Below the pieces are notes generated by a model. The model was not told the origin of the DNA. It did no database searches and worked only from the letters and a program-made list of their open reading frames with translations. 64,000 nucleotides of DNA, taken from the human T2T-CHM13v2.0 reference genome, Homo sapiens. The stretch is taken from the NCBI RefSeq assembly GCF_009914755.1, contig NC_060936.1; one strand, given 5' to 3'. Of the stretch, positions 53,366 to 64,000 are shown one piece after another (the first letter of the stretch is position 1; each line of letters begins with the position of its first letter). Made by a program: the position numbers and the translations under genes.

Positions 53366-55385
53366 CCGGGCGGCAGAGAGGGAAGGACTTAAGGACAAGG
53401 GAATGACCGTCCTGCTGTGCGGCATGTCCCCCACATCCCGTGGGGCCTGTTCCTGGTGGGCCCTGCCAGACAGAACTTGGTGAAGGGCTCCCCAGGAGGC
53501 CTGTATGGCCTTGGGGAGACACAGATAGCCCCTGACGTCACCAGCCATGTCTATCTAGATGACCGTCTTTCCTCTGTGCATCTGCGTTGAAACCCAAGTG
53601 AGGGAGACGTGAGCGGAGGCCTCAGCAGACAGGACGTTGATCCTCTCTGATGGCTGTGGCTCCAGGGGGCTTTGGTTTTGCATTTCTCGTCATGCTCTGG
53701 AGCCATGCTCTGGGATGTTGACCAGCTCTGGGGTGGGAGGTTCTTGTCCTGGCTCCTGCTCCTACCTGTAACTGCTGTGGGAACTTGGGCAAGTCGATTG
53801 GCTTCTTCAGGCCATTTTCCTCACCTACAAAGCGGCAGGTTGGGTGACCCACTGCCAAGGTTCTTTCTGGCTCTGCTGGAGGTGGTTTCTGAGGTGGGAT
53901 GAGTTGGTATGCCTGGGTTTTGGCTTCCAGTCCTGGGCCTGCCTTCTGCCTCTGACTAGTGCCTTCCCGGCCTCTGACCTGGAGGTGGATGGAGGAGGAA
54001 AGAGTGAAGTTAATGAGTAAACTGGAGATGCTGACTTCTGATAGGAGCGGACTGGGGGTGGAAGTTGTTTGCGGAGATGGTCCCCTGCCCCGTGAGTGGC
54101 GAGTGGCGGGGTCCTACTGCCTGACTTCTGTCCTGTGTAGACGGCTCTGCTGTTGATTTGGTTTAAACTCTCTTCTTCGTGCCCATGCCTGAGGCAGTGA
54201 GGAGTAAGCCTCCATTGCTGGACTCCAGCCCTGCATGTTAATCATTTCAACTTCAATCATAGCCACAGCATAACGAAATGAGAATATCTGCCTGGAGCAG
54301 GTTAGCTTCCAAACTCTCTCCTTGCTCTCAAACCAAAAGTGTAACCAGAATTTTAGCCTGAACCAGGAGGGTGCTCTTCAGAATGGGAAGGAGATAGAAG
54401 AACCCCTTTGCTGGCATCTGGAGTTGGGAGCACGATCCTATCTGCATTTCAACCCGATACTTTGGAGCCAAATGTAGATTTTTTTTTTTTTTGGCCTATT
54501 GTTTAGTATTATCTGTGCTTTGATTTACCACACCCCTTCCGCCCTCTGTTTTCTCTCAGGCTCCCTCACAGTGGATGGCTGGAAATTGATGATACTTTGA
54601 ATATTCACTCACTTTCTGAGAGTCTTGTGACCATTTCTACTCTCAATGGTCATCATTTTTAGAACATCTGATCTTGTGTTAGGAACAGGAAAAGATCTGG
54701 TAGAGAGCAGTCCAGGGGGTCCGAAGAGTCAGGAAGCTCAGTAAGTGCCCCCTGAAATCCTCCCACCTGCTGGAGAGGCTTTGCTGTTATTGCAGGAAGG
54801 CTGGAGGGTCTTGTGGCCTTTGGGGTACAGGATCTTGGTGAGGCCTTGGCCTTGGCCTTAGTAGCTTAGGATTGCTGCTAACTCTCACAGCACGTTTGTG
54901 CGAAATTTGAAAAATGGCCCTTCTTCAGGTTACAAGCAAAAATTAAAGTGAATATATTATTGTACAGCTGGAACAAGGTCCAACTGTGTCTGAGGCAACC
55001 CCCTTGAGCCCTCGTGGGCAGTGACCCTGGCTGTGCGCACACTTGGAGGCACGCCGCCTCCAATCATGGGGTGCACATGTTGCTGGAAACACACACAGTC
55101 TGGTCCCTCCCCTTGCAATGTGGGGAATGTGTCAGGTTCAGAGTCAGGGAGAGGGCCTCTGAGGACAGTGAACAGGTGAGGGAAGTGAGCTGGGGTGGGA
55201 GGGATTCTCAGAGCAAGATTGAAACAGGGTGCAGCCATGCACATGTGTGGGTGTTAGTGACTATGTGCACACTTGCCTTACATGTGTGTTGGGTGTGCTT
55301 GCATGGGTTTGTGTGGGAGGGCACTCTGCATTGTTTTGGCACTCAGTGGAGGGGCCCACGTGTGCACTCTCAATAGATCAGTATA

Positions 55386-55966
<581 letters not shown>

Positions 55967-57098
55967 TGTCAGTATATACCTGTGATGTGAGTGCCTTCCC
56001 CTTAGATGGCAGGGTAAAACCTGGACACGGTACCTGGGAACCCTGCTGACGGCCTCTCCCCTGGCCACCTGCCAGTGTGGAGACTGAGGCTTAGGGGCCC
56101 AAAGCTCTCCGACAAGCCCTGAGGGTGGCAGTGCCAGGGACAGTAGGAGAAGATCCTGCCTCAGCAAGTCCCCAGCCCCGTCTCAGGGCCAGGCTCTACA
56201 GGAGGGCTCAGAGGGGCAGGGTGCCCAGCTGAGTTTGAATGAACTGTGTCTTTCCGGGTGTGTGAACATGCAGGATGACATGTTTTGTTTTAGAGAAAAT
56301 GAGGTAGAGGTCTGGGCTTGCAATTTTCCACTTGTCTTAATCCTGGGAGATTCTAAACAGCTTTGTTTAAAAACTGGACATGCAGATTGCAAAGACCTGA
56401 GTGAGGAAGAGCCATTGGGTCCCCCAGGAAAACAATTAGGTTTGAAGCCAGAGTTTGGATTTGTTCGACCATTTTGAGTGCTGTCTGCAGCATGTGGGAC
56501 CTGGAGGCGCTTACAGCATCACCCATGGTGTGAGTCACTCCAAATTAGCAGCCATTTCAAATTGGCTTCCACTGACTTGCTGCTGGGGATGGGTGGGGCT
56601 GGGGGGGAAGCTCCAGGCCTGGCTGTCACCCATCATCCAGGCTGTGGCCGGCAGAGAGGGGAGGGGGCTGGAACAACCTGTCTTGGCTCAGCCTGCCCCC
56701 ACTGTTGGCCAGAGAAGCTGGAGCTGGTGGTCTGTGAAGGTCTCCTGGACGGAGCAGTTCGTGCCCGCAGTGCAGGGAGAACACTGGAGACCATGCAATT
56801 CAGGGCAGGGTTGGTGGAACTTTTTCTTGGCATCCATTTGAGAAACTCAGAGGGGATCAGGCTGGGCCTTGAGGGAGGGCTGGGATTTAGGGAGGGAAGA
56901 GAAGGGTCTCTGAGGGGTTGTAATGCTGGCTGGGAGCTTGGTTGGGGTGGGGACAGGTGTGGCCTGCAGGAGAGGGTGAGCTGTTCTGTCTGGGGCACCT
57001 GACATACTGCTTGGAGCAGCTCAGGTGCGGGAGGCTGGCGGTGGGAGCCAGTGTTGGTCTTTGAACAGTGGAATGACAGGATGAAAAGGGACATTATA

Positions 57099-58085
<987 letters not shown>

Positions 58086-58409
58086 GCATCCTTTTTTTTG
58101 TTGCAAAATAATAAAAACTCATTATAATATCCAAACATTACATAAATTATAGAAGAGGAAAATCTCCCCTAATCCTACCCATCAGAGATAATCACTGTTA
58201 ATACTTTGGTTTGTATTATTTCCAGATATTTCTGGATAGACTAGCATCCAGCCGTCCACCTATTTATCTTCTCAATTTCCATAAATAGAATTGAATTCAA
58301 CTTACTGTTTTGCCCGTTCTTTAGGCATCTTTTCACATCAGTACATTCAGAACAACCTTATTCTTTTCCGTAGTTGGCGCAGACTTGCTGAATGGATTTT
58401 GTTCCATTC

Positions 58410-58860
58410 ATCACTGAGGTCTATGCTGCATAGACCACCCCAAAATATAGTGGATTAACACAAACACCATTTTCTTTGCTTCCAGTTCTACGGGTTAGCC
58501 TTTTGGGCTGGTCTCTGCAGTCTTGCCTGGGCTTATTAATGCGGTAGCAGTCAGCTGGTAGCTCTGCAGGCCCTGGACAGCTCAAGGAAGCTTCATCATA
58601 TATCCGGTGGTTGGTGCTGGCTGTCAGCTGGGCTCCCCTGCTACGTGGTTTCTCACTGTCAAGGAAACTAGCCTTTCAGGTGAAAACAGTCTACAAGACC
58701 TCTTAATATCTAGGCCCTGAAGCCTCACACACGCATTGTCTGTTGATTGCTGGTAACAGCAAGTCATGGGACCAGCAGAACTCCAGGGGCGGGCAGACTC
58801 CACCTCTTGGTGGGAAGGCTGGCCACGGCACAAGGAGGGTATGTGTGTTCCAGGTGGGGA
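58410..58860 (-). mobile_element. MLT1 (H/F-type) MaLR LTR
   Basis: atgctgcatagaccacccaaaatatagtggattaa...cagtcagctgg...gcaagtcatgggaccagc...gactccacctcttggtggga. Confidence 0.75.
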
Positions 58861-58897
58861 GGACGCGGACGTGCGATCCCTCCCTGTGCCCAGAAGC

Positions 58898-58971
58898 ATG
58901 AGGAATAGACCCCACAGGTAATGAGGAATAATGAGGAATAGACCGCAGAGATAATGAGGAATAGACCCCAC
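58898..58971 (+). repeat. ~23-bp minisatellite ATGAGGAATAGACCCCACAGGTA, ~3.2 copies
   Basis: units begin at 58898, 58921 (10-bp partial), 58931, 58954. Confidence 0.9.
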
Positions 58972-61900
58972 CGATCTTTGGAAGATAGTGCAGACCCCTT
59001 CTCCTCCCAGATCACTGTTCATCCCCAGATGGGTCATCCAGGGAAACTGGCAAACACTCGATCTTCATGTTGGGTGTCCTTTGAAGTGGAGTCAGTGTGT
59101 TGTGTGTGTGCACGCGGCTAGCGCTGGCAGAGGCTTGGACTTTGTAGTAGACAGTGTCTCCTGCCCTATGGCTCTGAGAGCTGTAGAAGTCAAACCTTCC
59201 TGCCCTCTGCAAGCTGCCAAGAGCTTGTCTTCTTGGTACTCCCTGCTGATTTTCATGGCATCTCTGAAAAATGTGTCAGTGAGCGACAGGTCTTTAACAA
59301 AGCTAGTCCGGCCTTCCAGGCCCAGGCGTCTGCTGGGATTTTATTCATTCATTTGCCAACCACTATGCTCCAGGCTTCCTCCGCATCCGCTCATAACCTC
59401 GGATATGAAATAAGAGGGCCCAGGCCTATGTGATTCACAGACTTCACTTTTCCTTCTCAGGCAACTCACAATGGACTTGACACCGTGACTTCCCGCAAGG
59501 TGTTCGTTTTTATATTTAGTTTTCTCATCACCTGCCTTAGTGGCTGTTCCCTTCCTGTGAAATGTCACCAATGGCAGGGAGGCAGGAGGAGGCAGGGGAA
59601 GAGCCAGTGATGGGTCATTAATGCATCCCCAAACCCCAGCTTAGAGGATGTTACAGTGGAGCTGCTGGTGGAAGAGTTCTCCCCAGCGCCAATCATTCAT
59701 CAAACTTACCTCTCCCTGGAGATCCGAGGCTGGACCTGATGAAATGCACTTTCCCGTGCAGCAGTGTTCTTTTGCCTGTCAACTGCTGGGTGGTTTTTGC
59801 ATTCATCAAATAAGAACAAAGGCAGAGTGGGCTTAACGCGTTTGAAATCCCCTTGGTGTTTTATTGTCTCCCTGCTCCCCCTCAGCAGCTTTTAGTAAAG
59901 AAATGTTTTGTAGCTGAAAAAGGTTCACTGTGAAAGCATTCTGCACCCCCACAACTCCGCCTCTGGCCTGGCCTCTTCAACTGTGCTGTGGGAGAGGAGT
60001 TGCTGAAGACTGAGTTGGAGGAGGGAGTATGGCCTGGCACCGCAGCACCCTTGGGAGCTCCCAGTGCCTCTGGGTGACTTGGGGGTGCCAGCATTGTGCT
60101 CCTGTTGCAGGGTTAATGAGCTGATCAGCTCACAGGTTTTATATTAATCAGTGCTCAGTGTTGACAAAAACATGCAATGCTGACTGTGCAAACCTTTGAG
60201 AAATCTGGCATCACGGACAAGAAAAGAAACCTCAGCAACTGCTTTTGGCCATAGAATTGGAAAAAACTGGATAGAGCTCCTCAGCCTGCTCCAACTGAGG
60301 GCTCGCTAGCTTGAGGCCTGTAGCAGGTAAATTCCCCAGAAGCGGAGACCTGCAAGGCCCTCCCTGACTCCTTAGTTCTCTGCTCAGGTCCCCACTCCAC
60401 CCCTCCGTTACTTGTTCTCCATGGCTGTGAGGATGGATTCAAGTCATACTGTCAGTGAATCAGTAAGTCGTTACTGTGTGCTTTGATTCCTCAAGGGTCT
60501 GAGGCATCTTTTGGCCCAGGTGCTCCGTGTGATAAGAGAGCTTTAGCCAAGTGTAAAGTTAGGTCAGTCCCCAGCTCTTTCTGCTCATGGCTACAAATGT
60601 CTATTTCTGTTTTACCCAGTTCCCTCATAGTTCCCGAGGGCCCAGTCCTGCAGCACCTATAACACCCAGGAGTGGGCTCTGAAGGCAGCAAGCCAAGTAG
60701 GAAGGGATAAGATTGCTACAGATACAGCCGGAGCCCCCTGAGAGGAGATGCCTGCCTTGACTCAGCAGGGAGCTCTCACTGCTGTATGGACACACCTAAT
60801 TTGACATAAAAAATGACGCTACCCACTTTCATCATCCACCTTACCCACTGCTTATCCAAATGGGTCTCAGTTGTTTGGCACATTGGATGTCCCCGTAAGG
60901 ACAAGGATGGTCCTTCCCTGAGGATGCTCAGTGGACTCCCTGGGCGCTGAGGATTGTTCTTCAGGAGCACAGTAGCAACATCTTTGGAACCAGTGTGTGG
61001 CTTTCCCAGAGAGGCCGCAGTCAACTGGCTGAGAGGGAGGTTAGAAATGAGTAGGCAGGCCTCCCTGCCACCACGCCCAGGGCTGGGGGAGCTGGCGAGT
61101 GCTTCCAGCCTGCTCTTGGCCTGGACACTGCAGGCTGGGCCTCTTCCTGCGAGGAGCTCACGTTCTGATGTTCAGATTGAACCTGGAACACGGAAAGCAT
61201 TCAGAGTCCTGGCGTTGTCCTGAATCATACACATTGTCTTCTCTGGGAAAGCTTTTGGGGCCGCTGGCCTTTGGGATGCTGACACGAATTGTGGGACACA
61301 CTTAGGCCAAGAAGGGAAGCCACAGAATTGCCCCCAGTTCTGGGAGATGGGCTGGCAGTCTGGTTTCCTGGGCCCACCTTCCAGCTGGCTTTGGTTGTGC
61401 TGTGCCCATCAGCCGAAGTAGATGGACTTGACCCTGTCTTTGGGGGCCAGGCGTGGGGGGCAGTAGGGATCTTGAGTGTGAGCCCCCCATCCTGATTCTG
61501 GGGCAAGGGAGAAGGTGAATTTGACCACAGGAAGAAAAGTGGAGAGGTAGGGTCTGGTCTCCAGCTCACCCATAAAAGCTGGTGAGTCTCCGAGTGTCCT
61601 CAGGTCTGTGGGGAGGGCATCAGCTGCAGTTCCTGATTCTGCTACAGAACGTGGATGGGGGCTGCGGACTACCTCATGCCACCTCCAACCAGCCACAAGT
61701 TTCTGTTGCAGGGAACAGAGGGCAGATCGAATGGATCCCCCATTAGAAGAGTGCCTGACACAGAGTAGGCCTTAACAGATATTTGTTGATGGGAGATAGG
61801 AAGGGGATAGTGAGTTACAGCTATGGAAAGAAACTCAACTAGGCCAATCACAGTTTGAGGGATTGAGGGAAAGACCCCATCCTACCTTAAAATGCCTCTT

Positions 61901-62009
61901 CACTAGCTTGGCCAGCTGGTGGAACCCCTGCCGTTAGATGTTTGTTCTTTTGGAGGCTCTTTGGTTTTCAGGAGTCTTCTCTTGATTTGCTTTGTTTTAT
62001 TGTTAATTT

Positions 62010-62317
62010 GTACTTATTTATTTATTTTTAAAGACAGGGTCTCGCTCTGTCATGCACGCTGAAGTGCAGTAGCGCAATAATAGCTCACTGCAGCCTCCAA
62101 CTCCTGGGCTCAAGCAATCCTCCTGCCTCAGCCTCCTGAGTAGTTGGGACCACAGATGTGCAACACCATGATTGACTAATTATTATTTATTTGTAGAGAT
62201 GGGGTCGCACTATGTTGCCCAGGCTGGTCTTGAACTCCTGGCCTTAAGGGGTTCTTTTGCTTCTGCCTCCCAAAGTGTTGGGATTATAGGCATGAGTGAG
62301 CCACCACGCCCAGCCCA
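62010..62317 (-). mobile_element. AluJ element
   Basis: reverse dimer; flanked by caggagtcttctctt. Confidence 0.92.
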
Positions 62318-62672
62318 GGAGTCTTCTCTTAAAATGCCACAGCCTCTTGGAGAGGCTTCCTGTTTCTAGCCGTGGCAGGAGATCAGCATGGCCTTTTGGA
62401 GATGAAATCTAAGAGGTAGGGTCAAGCCACCCCTAGATTCCTGCTTTCTTTGCGCACCTTCCCAACATTGCCTCTATTAGAGAAATTCCCAAACCTTTTC
62501 TTTCTGTGGAAACTGCAGCAGAGCAGAAGACTCCAGGGACCTCCCCATGCCTCTCCAAGAAAATTATTGCCAAGCAGTCCTCATAGGCATTCATAGGATG
62601 ATGGCGTGGCTTTAAAGAAACACCTAAGGGAATATCTGTTTTTTTGGGTGGTTGTTTTAAATCAATTATCTT

Positions 62673-62983
62673 GTTGTTGTTGTTGTTGTTTTTTTTTTTT
62701 TTTGAGACGGAGTTTTGCTCTTGTTGTCCAGGCTGCAGTGCAGTGGTGCAGTCTCGGCTCACCACAACCTCCGCTCCTGGGTTCAAGCGATTCTCCTGCC
62801 TCAGCCTCCCGAGTAGCTGGGATTACAGGTGGCTGCCACTACTCCTGGCTAATTTTGTATTTTTAGCAGAGATGAGGTTTCTCCATGTTGGTCAGGCTGG
62901 TCTCGAACTCCTGACCTCAGGTGATCCTCCAGCCTCAGCCTCCCAAAGTACTGCGATTACAGGCGTGAGCCAACACGCCCGGC
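62673..62983 (-). mobile_element. AluSp-like element with (TTG)n tail
   Basis: TSD aaatcaat(t/a)atctt at 62659-62672 and 62986-62999. Confidence 0.93.
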
Positions 62984-62997
62984 AAAAATCAATAATC

Positions 62998-64000
62998 TTT
63001 TTTTTTTTTTTTTTTTAAATTTATTTTTTTATTGATAATTCTTGGGTGTTTCTCACAGAGGGGGATTTGGCAGGGTCATGGGACAATAGTGGAGGGAAGG
63101 TCAGCAGATAAACAAGTGAACAAAGGTCTCTGGTTTTCCTAGGCAGAGGACCCTGCGGCCTTCCGCAGTGTTTGTGTCCCTGATTACTTGAGATTAGGGA
63201 GTGGTGATGACTCTTAACGAGCATGCTGCCTTCAAGCATCTGTGTAACAAAGCACATCTTGCACCGCCCTTAATCCATTTAACCCTGAGTGGACACAGCA
63301 CATGTTTCAGAGAGCACAGGGTTGGGGGTAAGGTCACAGATCAACAGGATCCCAAGGCAGAGGAATTTTTCTTAGTGCAGAACAAAATGAAAAGTCTCCC
63401 ATGTCTACTTCTTTCTACACAGACACGGCAACCATCCGATTTCTCAATCTTTTCCCCACCTTTCCCGCCTTTCTATTCCACAAAACCGCCATTGTCATCC
63501 TGGCCCGTTCTCAATGAGCTGTTGGGTACACCTCCCAGACGGGGTGGTGGCCGGGCAGAGGGGCTCCTCACTTCCCAGTAGGGGCGGCCGGGCAGAGGCG
63601 CCCCTCACCTCCCGGACGGGGCGGCTGGCCGGGCGGGGGACTGACCCCCCCCACCTCCCTCCCGGACGGGGCGGCTGGCCAGGCAGAGGGGCTCCTCACT
63701 TCCCAGATGGGGCGGCGGGGCAGAGGCGCTCCCCACATCTCAGACGATGGGCGGCCGGGCAGAGACGCTCCTCACTTCCTAGATGTGATGGCGGCTGGGA
63801 AGAGGCGCTCCTCACTTCCTAGATGGGATGGCGGCCGGGCGGAGACGCTCCTCACTTTCCAGACTGGGCAGCCAGGCAGAGGGGCTCCTCACATCCCAGA
63901 CGATGGGCGGCCAGGCAGAGACACTCCTCACTTCCCAGACGGGGTGGCGGCCGGGCAGAGGCTGCAATCTCGGCACTTTGGGAGGCCAAGGCAGGCGGCT
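62998..64000 (-). mobile_element. SVA retrotransposon (SVA_F-like), antisense in TSPAN9 intron 2, runs off the window
   Basis: poly(T), SINE-R 63020-~63528, GC-rich VNTR ~63529-63960, Alu-like domain from ~63961; ccctgattacttg, gtcatgggac and cttagtgcag are young-subfamily variants as I recall them. Confidence 0.95.

Noticed and set aside
58898-58971. Short repeat arrays (also 11537-11596, 25525-25581) as CRISPR-like
   Set aside because: No unique spacers, no cas genes, human context; ordinary tandem repeats.
60117-60132. Perfect 16-bp palindrome tgagctgatcagctca
   Set aside because: About one is expected by chance in 64 kb (4^-8 per position).
63201-63822. 126-aa and 102-aa ORFs
   Set aside because: Common SVA-derived artefactual ORFs.

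Overview
This is human-type genomic DNA, recognisable as the TEAD4-TSPAN9 locus (12p13.33). It holds the last three coding exons, 3' UTR and poly(A) signal of TEAD4 (+, 6087-~8790). A ~37 kb repeat-dense intergenic block follows, then the CpG-island promoter and the first two non-coding exons of TSPAN9 (+, ~45510-45584 and 51802-51868), and the start of its next intron. The intergenic block contains a near full-length RPL13A processed pseudogene (-), nested ERV1/MaLR solo LTRs, DNA transposons, old L1/L2/MIR fragments and many Alus. The window ends inside an antisense SVA_F-like element. Nearly all ORFs in the supplied track are spurious. I see no evidence for a new multi-gene system. The most interesting items are: (1) an apparently orphan poly(A)/TSD-bounded retrocopy hidden under an Alu and an MST LTR (20162-21243); (2) an RPL13A retrocopy whose frameshifts compensate and leave ~255 open codons; (3) divergent CTCF motifs bracketing the intergenic block; (4) a TEAD/GATA-motif ERV1 LTR nest; (5) a possible NMD-escaping TEAD4 last-intron-retention isoform; (6) an SVA that reused an Alu's insertion site. 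Repeat subfamily names and parent-gene comparisons are from memory of consensus sequences; no searches were run.
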